Assembly (NCBI GenBank): GCA_963833985.1
Contig: CAWIAD010000002.1
Coordinates: 4,928,001-4,992,000 of the forward strand
Direction of reading: 5' to 3'
Origin: an uncultured Planctomycetaceae bacterium
GTDB taxonomy: Bacteria; Planctomycetota; Planctomycetia; Isosphaerales; Isosphaeraceae
Length of the DNA stretch: 64,000 nt
Positions 33,121 to 43,741 of this stretch are shown one piece after another. The position numbers were made by a program, and so were the translations under genes. The first letter of the stretch is position 1; each line of letters begins with the position of its first letter. Under the pieces are notes generated by a model. That model did not search any database, was not told the origin of the DNA, and was given only the letters and a program-made list of their open reading frames with translations.

Positions 33121-35301
33121 GTGGCCACAACGTACAGTCAACTCAATGGCCCGCCAGCCGTCTCCATGCCCCCGGCGCCGCCCCATGATCCGACGCTCTT
33201 CTTCAACCGCGAGCTGAGCTGGCTCGACTTCAATGAGCGGGTGCTCGAGGAAGCACGCGACCCGTCCAACCCGCTGCTCGACCGGCTCAAGTTCGTGGCG
33301 ATCTGCGCGTCGAACCTCGACGAATTCTTCGAGGTCCGCGTGGCCGGCTTGCAGGCGCAGCTCTACGAGAACCTCGAGCCCCAGGACATGCCTCCCGACG
33401 GCCTGGGACCGCTGGCCCAGTTGCTGGAGATCGCCCGCCGCGCCCATGACTTCGTGGCCCGGCTCTACGAGACCTGGATCCAGCAGATCCACCCGCAGCT
33501 CCGCGAGCACGGCATCCGGATCTGCTCGCCCGGCGACCTCACGCCGTCGCAGAACGCTTTCCTCGACGACTACTTCGACAGCCAGGTCTACCCGGTCCTC
33601 ACGCCACTGGCCATCGATCCGGCCCATCCCTTCCCACACGTCCACAACAAGAGCCTGAACCTGCTCTTGCGCATCGAATCGCTGACCCAGCACGGCCGCC
33701 TGCTGTACGCCGTGCTCCAGGTGCCCTCGGTGATCAACCGGCTGGTTCCGCTGCCCGACGAGGGAGACGCCCAGCGCCGGTTCCTGCTGCTGGAGGACGT
33801 GATCGGCCCGCGGCTCGACGCACTCTTCGGCGGTTACCGCGTGATCGAGCGCGTGGCCTTCCGCGCCACCCGCAACAGCGACCTGTCAATCCAGGAAAAC
33901 GAGGTCAAGAGCAGCCTCCTGTCCACGATCGAGGAGACCTTGCGGCAGCGCAAATGGGGCGCGCCGGTCCGGCTCGAGATCTCCGAACGCGCTGACGACG
34001 GGTTGCTGGCCCAGCTCCTTTCGGCCTCGGCGCTGGAGCTGGAGGAACGCGACGTCTACAAGGTGCCCGGCCCCGTCGATCTGACCGCCCTGGCGTCGCT
34101 CTACCGGCTCGATGGCTACCGCGAGCTCAAGGAGCCGCCCTTCGAGCCGCAGATGCCCGCGGCCATGGCCACGCGCAAGAATGTCTTCGCCGCCATCCGC
34201 GACGGCGACATCCTCGTCCATCACCCTTACGAATCGTTCGGCACGGTCGTGCAGTTCATCGAGCAGGCCAGCGAGGATCCCCAGGTCCTGGCCATCAAGA
34301 TGACCCTGTATCGCACCGCTGACGCCAACCCCATCATCAACGCCCTGGCGCGCGCCGCGGAGATCGGCAAGCAGGTCACCGCGCTGGTGGAGCTCCAGGC
34401 CCGGCTCGACGAGGAGAACAATATCGACAAGGCCAGGATGCTTCAGAAGGCCGGAGTGCACGTCGTCTACGGCATCGTCGGCCTGAAGACGCATTGCAAG
34501 GCAGCGCTCGTGGTCCGCCGCGAGCACGATGGCATCCACCGCTACGTGCACCTGGGCACCGGCAACTACAACCCCACCACCGGCCGCCTCTACACGGACC
34601 TGTCGTACTTCACCTGCCGTCCCGCCTACGGCGAGGACGCCAGCGCCCTGTTCAACCTGCTGACGGGCTACTCGCAGGGCGGGCAGATGAACAAGCTGGT
34701 CGTCGCGCCCATGCACCTCGCCGGCACGCTCACCTCGCTCATCGAGCGCGAGGCCGCCCATGCCAGGGCGGGCCGGCCGGCGCGGATCATCGCGAAGATG
34801 AACTCGCTGGTGGACCCCGGCATCATCGAGACCCTCTACACGGCTTCGAGCGCCGGGGTCAAGATCGACCTCATCATCCGTGGCATCTGCTGCCTGCGAC
34901 CCGGCGTGCCCAGCGTCTCCCAGAACATCCGCGTCGTGAGCATCCTCGACAAGTATCTCGAACACTCTCGGATCAGCTACTTCATGAACGACGGCCAGTC
35001 CGAGGTGTTCCTCTCCTCGGCCGACTGGATGCCCCGCAACTTCCGACGCAGGGTTGAGTTGATGTTCCCCGTCGAGGACCCTGCCCTGCGGACGCGGATC
35101 GTCGATCGCATCCTCGCCATCGTGCTCTCCGATAACCTCAAGGCGCGCGAGCTCCTGTCCGACGGCACCTACCGAAGAGTCAAGCCGCAGCCCGGAGAGC
35201 CGATCATCCGTTCCCAGGTCGAGTTTCAGAACATCGCCCGCGAGAACGCCGAGGACGCCTCCATCCACCCGGCCGTGCCGGCTATTGCGGGACCGGGGTG
35301 A
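33121..35301 (+). CDS. ppk1: Polyphosphate kinase 1
   Basis: NRELSWLDFN, SNLDEFF, HPFP, HHPYESF, KMTLYRT, KTHCK, GTGNYN and SADWMPRN. Start uncertain. Confidence 0.95.
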   Translation: MATTYSQLNGPPAVSMPPAPPHDPTLFFNRELSWLDFNERVLEEARDPSNPLLDRLKFVAICASNLDEFFEVRVAGLQAQLYENLEPQDMPPDGLGPLAQLLEIARRAHDFVARLYETWIQQIHPQLREHGIRICSPGDLTPSQNAFLDDYFDSQVYPVLTPLAIDPAHPFPHVHNKSLNLLLRIESLTQHGRLLYAVLQVPSVINRLVPLPDEGDAQRRFLLLEDVIGPRLDALFGGYRVIERVAFRATRNSDLSIQENEVKSSLLSTIEETLRQRKWGAPVRLEISERADDGLLAQLLSASALELEERDVYKVPGPVDLTALASLYRLDGYRELKEPPFEPQMPAAMATRKNVFAAIRDGDILVHHPYESFGTVVQFIEQASEDPQVLAIKMTLYRTADANPIINALARAAEIGKQVTALVELQARLDEENNIDKARMLQKAGVHVVYGIVGLKTHCKAALVVRREHDGIHRYVHLGTGNYNPTTGRLYTDLSYFTCRPAYGEDASALFNLLTGYSQGGQMNKLVVAPMHLAGTLTSLIEREAAHARAGRPARIIAKMNSLVDPGIIETLYTASSAGVKIDLIIRGICCLRPGVPSVSQNIRVVSILDKYLEHSRISYFMNDGQSEVFLSSADWMPRNFRRRVELMFPVEDPALRTRIVDRILAIVLSDNLKARELLSDGTYRRVKPQPGEPIIRSQVEFQNIARENAEDASIHPAVPAIAGPG

Positions 35302-35338
35302 ACGCAAACGCCACTCCAGACATGACGGACCCTCAGGC

Positions 35339-35875
35339 TCAGAACGCGTACCGCACCTCGACGGCCCGCGGCTCCAGCGGAGGGATCGCCAGCGGCTCGA
35401 CCGCCGACGCTCCGCGCACCACGCAGCTCTCCCAGCGTGGGATCGCCCCCGTGCGGTAGAAGGTTTCGACATACTTCCAGTCGGTCTCCGCGGAATCAGC
35501 GTACCAGCCGTCGAGATGGCGGATGCCCGCTTCATGCAGGAGCTGCAAGCCGAACCGCGCGGCGTTGCGCTCGTAGCGCTCTAGGGCCTGGAGGTAGACC
35601 TCCAGGTCGTGGTCCGCGACGCCTTCGATCTCGGGCCGGTACGAAGGCGCGACCCATTGCACCGAATGGCCGAAGAGGTGCAGCACCAGGAAGCACTGCA
35701 TCTCGAAATCGACCTCCGGGTCGATCGTGATCCTCAACCCGTCGAAGATCCCCAGCTTGGGGCGCTCGAGCGTGCCAAATTCCAGGGCGAGATGATAGCT
35801 CACGACCCGGGACGAGATCCCGGTCCAGAGCCCGACCAGCGTCGCGGCGTCGAGCTCTCCCACGGAGGCGGGCAT
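35339..35875 (-). CDS. Hypothetical protein with an HxxxH motif
   Basis: GIFDGLRITID...LHLFGHSVQW...YERNAARF; coding-like codon usage. Confidence 0.7.
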   Translation of the reverse strand: MPASVGELDAATLVGLWTGISSRVVSYHLALEFGTLERPKLGIFDGLRITIDPEVDFEMQCFLVLHLFGHSVQWVAPSYRPEIEGVADHDLEVYLQALERYERNAARFGLQLLHEAGIRHLDGWYADSAETDWKYVETFYRTGAIPRWESCVVRGASAVEPLAIPPLEPRAVEVRYAF

Positions 35876-36441
35876 TTCTGGTTCCCCCTGGCCTTGCCAG
35901 GAAAACGGTCACTGCCTTCCCGCGGCAGCCGGCGCCGGTCTGCCGCAACGCCATATCGGTCACCTACAGAAACGTTCGCGTTCCTGGAAGGCTTCTTTGC
36001 ACCGTCGGGCTTCTCTCCCAGAGACGCAGTCGGAGCAGGCGGACCTGCCAGCCTTACGGCGGCACGCGAAGACTACCAGGCATGAGACCGCGCCCGCCGG
36101 CGAAGACTCGCCCGAAATGGCTTCGTTCCGTCCATCCGGCATCGAAGCCATCGGTCGCTAACCATTTGCCTGATTGAAGTTAAACATCCTTTTTCGATTG
36201 GCTTCGATTTTCGCATTTCTTTCTCGGGATGTCCTGAGGCGGGCCAGAAATCTCTTGGGCCAGCGCGACGCCTGGCGGCGGAGGCGCCGCGCTGGTTTGA
36301 ACTATCGACCGAATTGTCAAAGAGTCTCGGCACAGTGCCGTCTCATTCAGTCTACGATCGGAACGGCGGGCGTTTGCGAGATTCCCCGCGGTCCGCTCTT
36401 CTTGTGCCGGCGCGGTCGGATCCTTTCACATCAGGTGTCCC

Positions 36442-36535
36442 ATGCGTCTGCTCTTCTCCTCGATCCACTGTTATTTCGACGCCTCCGGCATCGCATCGCC
36501 GTGCACCCGCGAGGTGCTCGAGCTGCCGGCGGCAC
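36442..36535 (+). pseudogene. Probable 5' remnant of a GT4-type glycosyltransferase
   Basis: MRLLFSSIHCYFDASGIASPCTREVLELPAAR resembles glycosyltransferase N-termini; the sequence loses coding character after ~30 codons. Confidence 0.45.
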
Positions 36536-36617
36536 GGAGGCCTCGGGCGGAAGCCCGACCCGCACGTCGTCGCATCGCACGCAAGGCCCCGGCGCCGGTC
36601 CGCCGGTCCCGGCTTTC

Positions 36618-36803
36618 GTGGCGCATGCCCACGTGCGCCAGCGCCCTGAGAGTCCGCGGCACATGGCCACGTGCGCCAACGGCCTGGCCTCCGTGGCACA
36701 TGCCCACGTGCGCGAGCGCCCTGGCGTCCGCGGCGCATGGCCACGTGCGTCAGCGCCATGGACTCTGCGGCGCACGGCCACGTGCGTGAGCACGTGGTTT
36801 TCA
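36618..36803 (+). repeat. Tandem array of five ~37-bp hairpin units
   Basis: Units start at 36618, 36656, 36693, 36730 and 36767; 20-nt core GYGGCRCAYGSCCACGTGCG. Confidence 0.88.
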
Positions 36804-36885
36804 CGGGCGCAGCCCCCAACCTCGGGCGTGAGCCCGACCTGCATCTCGGGCACCGCGCCGCATCACGCGTATCACCGCCTCGTCG

Positions 36886-37938
36886 TCACCTCACCGCGCA
36901 CCCGCCCAGGTTCGCCAGGTGATGCCGGCCCAGGCGCCCGGCCACGTCCCGCAGCCGTTCCCGGCTTGCCGCGAAGAACCGCCCCAGCAGCCGGCCCCCG
37001 GCCAGCTTCAGCAGCCGCGCTTGCCAGCTCTCGGCATTGCTCCCCAGCCGTTCCAGGATCCCCGCCAGTTCCGCCGAGATCGCCGCCTTCCCCTCGCGAT
37101 ACAGCCGCCCGGTGTACTCTACCAGCAGCAGATAGCTGCCCAGCGAGAACCCCTCGACCATCCCTTCGCGACCGCGACCGGAGTCCGAGTCCGAGTCAAG
37201 CCCCCGTCGGTCCTCGATCGGGCACAGCCACAGCCCCTCCTCCAGCCCCTCCGCCGCCTGCGACCCCGCCACGCTGCCGGCCTCGGCGGCCTTCAGGTCC
37301 TCGGCTCGCCCCTGCTCCTGGACGTGCTCGACCCGCTGCTTGATCGACGTGTGGGCACTCGCCTCGGGCACCTCGGCGATGCCCGCGGCCACCGGGTTCA
37401 GATCGATGTAAGTGCAAGTGGCCAGCAACGATTCCTCATCGAGGATCGCCACGCTCTGGAACCGCCCCTCGAAGAACGCCCCGCGGGTGTTCTCCTCGCG
37501 GTTGGCCATCCGCGACAGCGGCTCCTTGAGGCACTTCATGAACCAGCTCAGGCTTTGCAGCCGCTGGCGTGCCATCACCACCCACTTCACGTCTTTCAGC
37601 CGTTCCTTGACCCACGCCTCCGAGATCGCAACCGCCCGCCGCGTCTTGTCGCGCGGTGGAAACAGCCTCCCCCAGCGCCGCACGACCTCTTCATCCGCCC
37701 ACCCCGCAGCCACATCCGGGTCGAGCCGCACCAGCAGATGCAGATGGTTATCGAGGATGGCGAACCCTCCCACGGCCACCGAGAAGATCTCCGCAAGTTC
37801 CCGCAACCGCCGTTCGATCCATTCTTTACGGTCGAGATGCCCCTCGCCCAGTAGGAACGCCCGCCGCACACAGCGGCTAATGCAGTGATACCAGCGGGTG
37901 ACCGACGGATCCACCAGATGCGCACGGGCAATCGTCAT
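36886..37938 (-). mobile_element. Y1 (HUH) transposase, RAYT/IS200-like
   Basis: YHCISRCVRRAFL, HUH motif NHLHLL, FFEGRFQS and catalytic YIDLNPVAAG; GGAGG RBS. Confidence 0.88.
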
Positions 37939-37965
37939 GCACGGACCTCCCAGCAAGATCCGCAC

Positions 37966-37994
37966 AAGCTACCCAATTCCACCGCCCGAGTCAA
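37966..37994 (-). promoter_or_regulatory. Putative sigma-70 promoter of the transposase
   Basis: TTGACT-17 nt-TAGCTT, preceded by an A-rich tract (plus-strand T-run at 38010-38042). Confidence 0.55.
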
Positions 37995-38236
37995 GGCTGC
38001 GTTGCATGTCCTTTTTTTCTTTTTTCTTCCTTTTTTTCTTTTCCGACCGGCGCATGGCGTTTGACCGACTCGCCTCTTCGGCAAGAACTTCCATCAGCCT
38101 CTAGGATCGATCTGCGTGGTTTTATAGAATGCATCGTGGTCCTCTCAAGGATTCGGTCCTTGATCTCGGGTTCGTGAATCAGCGACGTGCACTCCGCGCG
38201 GCGGTTGCCGGCGGGCGTGCCGCGATGGGGCTGCGC

Positions 38237-39067
38237 ATGCTGGCCAAGCGGATCATCCCTTGCCTTGACGTGAACCACGGTCGAGTGGTCAAGGGCACCA
38301 ATTTTTTGAATCTCCGCGATGCCGGCGACCCGGTAGAAGTGGCGGCCCGGTACGACGCGGAGGGGGCCGACGAGCTCGTTTTCCTGGATATCACCGCCAG
38401 CCACGAGGAGCGGGCGATCCTCTGGGACGTGGTCCGGCGCACGGCCGAGGTTTGCTTCATGCCGCTGACGGTGGGTGGAGGAATTCGCAGCCTGGACGAC
38501 ATCCGGGCACTTTTGAAAGCGGGCGCCGACAAGGTGTCAATCAACTCCGCCGCCGTTCGCGACCCGGAACTCGTGCACCGCGCCGCGCGCAGGTTCGGCA
38601 GCCAGTGCATTGTGGTGAACATTGACCCCAAGCGCGTGCTGCGCGACGGCCGGGAGGTCTGGGAGGTGCACATCAACGGCGGCCGTGTGCCGACGGGCCG
38701 GGAAGCCGTGGCCTGGGCTCGCGACGTGGAGCAACTGGGAGCCGGGGAGATCGTACTCACGAGCATGGACGCCGACGGCACGAAGAACGGTTACGATCTG
38801 GCAATGACACGCGCCGTGGTCGATGCGGTGGAAGTGCCGGTGGTGGCCTCCGGCGGGGCCGGCCAGCCCGAGCATCTCCGCGCTGCGCTGGTCGAGGGGG
38901 GGGCGAGTGCGGCCCTGGCGGCCAGCATCTTCCACTATCGCGAGTACTCCATCGCTGCCACCAAGGATTACCTGGCCCGTCACGGTGTGCCGGTGCGCCA
39001 GGTTTTTCCCGCTGACGGCGGCTCGACCCCGCCGGGCGGCAAGCTCTCGACCGCCCGGACCGGGTGA
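38237..39067 (+). CDS. hisF: Imidazole glycerol phosphate synthase cyclase subunit
   Basis: [42 protein letters not shown] and ASGGAG. Confidence 0.97.
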   Translation: MLAKRIIPCLDVNHGRVVKGTNFLNLRDAGDPVEVAARYDAEGADELVFLDITASHEERAILWDVVRRTAEVCFMPLTVGGGIRSLDDIRALLKAGADKVSINSAAVRDPELVHRAARRFGSQCIVVNIDPKRVLRDGREVWEVHINGGRVPTGREAVAWARDVEQLGAGEIVLTSMDADGTKNGYDLAMTRAVVDAVEVPVVASGGAGQPEHLRAALVEGGASAALAASIFHYREYSIAATKDYLARHGVPVRQVFPADGGSTPPGGKLSTARTG

Positions 39068-39175
39068 TGGATGATCCCACGGACTCTCGACCAGGAACGC
39101 CGATCCACGAACCGTAGCGAGCTGCCCGCAACCCTCATTGAATTTCATCCGCCATTCGTTCCAGGAGTGCAGACC

Positions 39176-40327
39176 ATGTCCACCGCGATCGAGGCTCCGA
39201 TCGAGAGCATTGCCAACGAGCCCGAGGCCAACAAGCTGTTCCGGATGGTGATGAAGTACAAGGGGTCGGACCTGCACCTGAAGGTCGGCTTCCCGCCGTC
39301 CATGCGGCTGGCCGGGGTCTTGCGGCAGATGCAGCTTCCGAACCTCACCACGGCCGACATGGAGCGGCTGATGTACCCGCTGCTCTCGCCACGCCAGCGC
39401 GGGATTCTTGACGAGGAAGGCGGTGTCGACTTCGCGCACATCGTTTACGACGGCGAGCTGGAGACCCGGTTCCGCGTCAACCTGTTCAAGCAGCGCGGGC
39501 GGTTGAGCCTGGTGGCCCGCCGTGTGAACAACCAGATTCCCAGCTTCGAGGACCTGCACCTGCCGGCCGTGCTCGCCGAGATCACCCAGTACGACCAGGG
39601 GATCATCATCCTCGCGGGCGTGACCGGGTCCGGCAAGAGCACGACGATCGCCTCGATGCTCCAGTACATGAACGAGCGCGAGCGGCTCCATATCGTGACC
39701 ATCGAGGACCCGATCGAGTACACCTTCAAGGACGACAAGTCGATCATCAACCAGCGCGAGGTGGGCATCGACGTCATCGACTGGGACGTGGCGCTCAAGC
39801 ACGCGGTGCGGCAAGACCCGGACGTGATCCTGGTGGGTGAGATGCGCGACCGCGAGACCTTCAGCGCGGCCATGCACGCCGCCGAGACCGGCCACCTGGT
39901 CTTCGGCACCATCCATGCTGGCACGGCCCCGTCGACCATCGGCCGGTTGCTTGACCTCTTCCCGCGTGATATGCACTCGTCGCTGCGGCAGTCGCTGGCG
40001 TTCAACCTCAAGGCCATCATCGCCCAGAAGCTGCTCCCGACCACCAAGGAGCTGGCCGCCAAGGGGACGACGCGTGTGCCGACCAACGAGATCATGCGTG
40101 TCAACCCGACGGTCAAGAAGCTGATCCTCAACGAGGAGGACAACAAGCTGGGCGACGCCATCCGGATCGGCAAGGAAGAAGGCATGATGGACTTCACCGA
40201 GAGCTTGCGGCAGCTCGTGGTCGCCGAGAAAATCGAGCGTGGAGTCGCCTTCGAGGTCGCTCCCAGCCCCGAGTCTTTGAAAATGGCGCTGAAGGGGATT
40301 ACGATCGCTCAACCGGGTATTCTGTAA
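39176..40327 (+). CDS. PilT/PilU family type IV pilus ATPase
   Basis: SDLHL, RFRVNLF, GVTGSGKST, TIEDPIE, NQREVG, DPDVILVGEMRD and AAETGHLVFGTIH. Confidence 0.93.
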   Translation: MSTAIEAPIESIANEPEANKLFRMVMKYKGSDLHLKVGFPPSMRLAGVLRQMQLPNLTTADMERLMYPLLSPRQRGILDEEGGVDFAHIVYDGELETRFRVNLFKQRGRLSLVARRVNNQIPSFEDLHLPAVLAEITQYDQGIIILAGVTGSGKSTTIASMLQYMNERERLHIVTIEDPIEYTFKDDKSIINQREVGIDVIDWDVALKHAVRQDPDVILVGEMRDRETFSAAMHAAETGHLVFGTIHAGTAPSTIGRLLDLFPRDMHSSLRQSLAFNLKAIIAQKLLPTTKELAAKGTTRVPTNEIMRVNPTVKKLILNEEDNKLGDAIRIGKEEGMMDFTESLRQLVVAEKIERGVAFEVAPSPESLKMALKGITIAQPGIL

Positions 40328-40460
40328 GATCAGGTTTCGAAGGAGCAAGGCGAGGCCCCGGCGACGCCAGGCCGGCGGATTTTGCTGGTGCGTTCTTGCC
40401 GTCGCCTGCGCTTGCCGACGAACTGGGCCAGAGACCGAGAGTTCCAAGAAAGGTTGGCTG

Positions 40461-42208
40461 ATGACTCGCCCGCTCGTGGTGCTCGCGACATTTTTTCTCG
40501 TGACCCTGGGCGCCGCCGCCGGCGCCGAAGCCGCGGAATGGCTTGCCCCGGTGCTGGCCCAGGCGCCCTCGATCGTGCGCGGACCTGGCTTTTATCTGAA
40601 CATTTACAAGCTGGCGCCGGTCCTGATCATCTTCCTGCTCTGGACCTGGACCACGGACTGGGTCGAGCATGACACCAAGGAGCTGAACAATGTCAGGTTC
40701 GCCCTCTGGAACAGCGTGGTCTTCTTCTCGGGCGTTCTGGGACTGGTGCTCATCTTCGCCATTCCCATCTACCCGCTGAGCCTGGTCCTGCTCTTGCTGG
40801 CCTACTTCGTGCCGATTCTCACGTACTCCTATGTCCGGAACCAGACGGTTCCCGACGAGCAAAAGGTGCTCACTCCGTATCACCTGGGTGAGGTGGTCAA
40901 CAGCATCTTGCTGTCGCTGGGCATCCGGCCCATGTTCAACAAGAACGTGAGCATGGTCGATCGGGCCGGTCCGCCGATCACGTTCGTGGGCAAGAGCGCC
41001 GGCATGGTCAAGGAAGATCCCAACCGCGTGCACCAGGCCGAGGAATCGCGATCCTTCATGGCGGCCAAGGAGCTGGTCTACGACGCGGTCCTCCGCCGCG
41101 CGACGGATATCCACCTGGAGCCGACCACCGAGCAGCTCTCGGTGCGGTACCGCATCGACGGCATTTTGCACGCCGCCGAGCCCTTCGACCGGCCCACGGG
41201 CGACGCGGTGATCAACGTCTTCAAGGTGCTCTCGGCGATGGACATCTCCGAGAAGCGAAAGCCGCAAGACGGCTCCTTCGGCGCCAAGCTTCAGGCCCGC
41301 GATCTCGATTTCCGCGTGGCCACATCGGGATCCAAGGCCGGGGAAAAGCTGGTGATGCGTATCCTCGACAACTCGGGGTCCATCACCAAGCTGGAAGACC
41401 TGGGCATGCGCCCAAGTTCATCGAACAGGTGCGCGGGATGGTCACGCAGCCGCATGGCATGTTCCTCTGCTGCGGGCCCACGGGGTCAGGCAAATCCACC
41501 ACCCTGTACGCGTCGCTCCGGGAAATCGACCGCTACCAGCGCAACATCATCACGGTCGAGGACCCCATCGAATACCACCTCGACAACATCACCCAGATGG
41601 AGGTCAACACCAAGGCGGGCCAGACCTTCGCCACGTCGCTGCGGTCGATCCTGCGGCAAGACCCCGACGTGATCATGATTGGTGAGATCCGCGACCAGGA
41701 GACCGCGACCATTGCCTGCCAGGCCGCCAACACCGGGCACATGGTCTTCTCCACGGTCCACTCCAACGACGCCGTGACGGCCCTGTTCCGGCTGCTTGAT
41801 CTGGGGGTGGAACCCTTCATGATCTCGTCGGCTCTTTCCGCGGTGCTCGGCCAGCGGCTGGTACGCTTGCTCTGCGAGGCCTGCAAGGAGCCGTACAAGC
41901 CCAAGCCTGAATTCCTCAAGAAGGCCAACCTGCCGGTGGAGAAAGTCGACGTCTTCTACCGCCGGCCCGAGAACCCCGAACAGGTCTGCCAGCAATGCGG
42001 AGGAACGGGCTACTTCGGACGCACCGGCATCTATGAACTGCTCGTGATCACCGAGCCCTTGCGCGAGATGCTCCGCGAGAACCCTTCGATCAACAAGATC
42101 AAGGCGGAAGCCCGCAAGAATGGGATGATCTATCTTCAGGAGGACGGTCTGCGCCAGGTGATCCAGGGGCGCACGTCCATCGAAGAATTGCTCCGCGTCG
42201 TGAAATGA
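40461..42208 (+). CDS. GspE/PulE/PilB-family ATPase with N-terminal TM segments (frameshift near 41412)
   Basis: Hydrophobic N-terminus, ATDIHLEP, RYRIDG and PQDG; then GPTGSGKST, EDPIEY, RQDPDVIMIGEIRD and a CxxC...CxxC zinc motif in ORF 41429..42208. Confidence 0.9.
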
Positions 42209-42280
42209 GCCAGCCGGACGGACGAGGAGCCTCACGCAGCAGGCGGCGACATCCTTTTCAACATCAAAGAGAGCCGATTC

Positions 42281-43015
42281 ATGGCCGTACCAAAAGTTGT
42301 CATCGACCTGGTCATCAGCTTCCTGATCCTGCTCATGACCTACGCTCTTGCCAGCGAGGGGCTCTGGGGCGCTGCGCTCATGTTCTTCAACGTCGTCTTC
42401 GCCGGCCTGATCGCGTTCAACTGCTACGAGCCGCTGGCGAAGCTCATCGACAGCACGGGCATTGGCTGGGGATTCTCCGACACCCTCTCCATGATGGCCA
42501 TCTTCTGCGTCACGGTGATGCTCCTGCGCATGACCACCGAGAGCCTGGCCCCCGCCATGGTGCGGTTCCCCACTCCCATCTATCACGCCGGACGGCTGTT
42601 CTTCGCACTGGCCACCTCGCTGGTCACCATGTCCATCCTGATCCTGGCATTCCACGCCGCGCCGGTGCACAAGCGAATCTTCGGGGCCATCGATTACAAG
42701 TACAACCCGCCGTTCGGCATGGGCTTGGATCACAAGTGGCTGGGCTTCTTTCAGTACACCTCCGGCCAGATCTTCGCGCGGTACGGATCGGGAAGCCGCG
42801 ATCCCTACGGCGAATATGGCCGCAGTGGTACCCAGCGAATCCCCGTCCGCGTGTTCGATCCGCGCGCGACCTGGCTGCTCAATCACCAGGAGGTCCGGCC
42901 CTACGGAGAGGGCCCGATCATGAGCGAATCGGGCGGCGAAAGCGGTGAGGCGGCCGGATCCACGAGCGCCTCCGGGAGCTCAGGCGGGCGCGCCGGTCCG
43001 CGCAGACCCGGGTAA
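42281..43015 (+). CDS. CvpA-like membrane protein
   Basis: Four to five TM helices with EGLWGA...FAGLIAFNCYEPLA; follows gspE. Confidence 0.65.
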   Translation: MAVPKVVIDLVISFLILLMTYALASEGLWGAALMFFNVVFAGLIAFNCYEPLAKLIDSTGIGWGFSDTLSMMAIFCVTVMLLRMTTESLAPAMVRFPTPIYHAGRLFFALATSLVTMSILILAFHAAPVHKRIFGAIDYKYNPPFGMGLDHKWLGFFQYTSGQIFARYGSGSRDPYGEYGRSGTQRIPVRVFDPRATWLLNHQEVRPYGEGPIMSESGGESGEAAGSTSASGSSGGRAGPRRPG

Positions 43016-43061
43016 GCAAGCCTGCCCACCCAGGGCCGCCAGGCCAGCCTCCCGGCTCGTT

Positions 43062-43616
43062 TCATCTCAGCGGATGCTGGGCGGCAGCCGTGCTCTGGGC
43101 TAGCGATCGCGATTCCACCAGCTCCAGCCGCGTGCTGGCTACCGTGCCGATCGACTGCTGGAGGATCCGGTAAATGACAAGCTGGCTGGTCGAGGTCTCG
43201 AACACGTAGAGCGGCGCCCAGCCCGCACTGTAGGCACCGAGCGCACCGGTCGACATCAAGAAATGAGGCTTCGGTCCGTTATCCAGATCGAGCTTGAAGT
43301 CAGCGGCCAGGTCGCGCTCGGCGAATGTGCCCAGGTATCGCGAGGTTCCCACCGTGCCGTGCAGCGAAGGGATCGTCCCGAGCAGCCGTCCGGCCTTATA
43401 ATCGAGGATGTAGATGGCCTCGAGGGGAATCTGCACCTTGCTCCCCTGATCGTAATGGATCATCACCGGTCCCGTGACCACGATCGACTCACCGGAACGG
43501 TCGCCACCGCCAGCCAGGATGGGCGCCGGGCGGACGCTTGCGGCCGCCCAACCGAATGCCACGCCCAGGCCAAGCAGTGCCACGCCCGGGATGCCACGAA
43601 GATGCGACAGCACCAT
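43062..43616 (-). CDS. Secreted hypothetical protein
   Basis: Signal-like N-terminus and a beta-rich body (IYILDYKAGRL, PHFLMSTG, LYVFE). Confidence 0.7.
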   Translation of the reverse strand: MVLSHLRGIPGVALLGLGVAFGWAAASVRPAPILAGGGDRSGESIVVTGPVMIHYDQGSKVQIPLEAIYILDYKAGRLLGTIPSLHGTVGTSRYLGTFAERDLAADFKLDLDNGPKPHFLMSTGALGAYSAGWAPLYVFETSTSQLVIYRILQQSIGTVASTRLELVESRSLAQSTAAAQHPLR

Positions 43617-43741
43617 GAATCACCAGGTCCTTTCACTCGCCTCTCGGAACACAGCCCGAGCAGTCCGCCTGATCGCGGAGGGCATTGTGCGGCGGATCGC
43701 CTCTGGAGTCCAGACCAAGCACGCCATGCGAGGATGATTCC

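Noticed and set aside
36156..36185. Integron attC or dif site
   Set aside because: GTTAAAC is present, but the spacing is far too short for attC, no integrase is nearby, and the match to dif is poor.
36618..36803. CRISPR array
   Set aside because: The linkers are only 17-18 nt and similar to each other, the repeats vary, and there are no cas genes. It is a tandem repeat.
36174..37343. 389-aa plus-strand ORF spanning the repeat array
   Set aside because: Low-complexity Pro/Arg/Ala translation that crosses non-triplet repeats and overlaps the transposase antisense.
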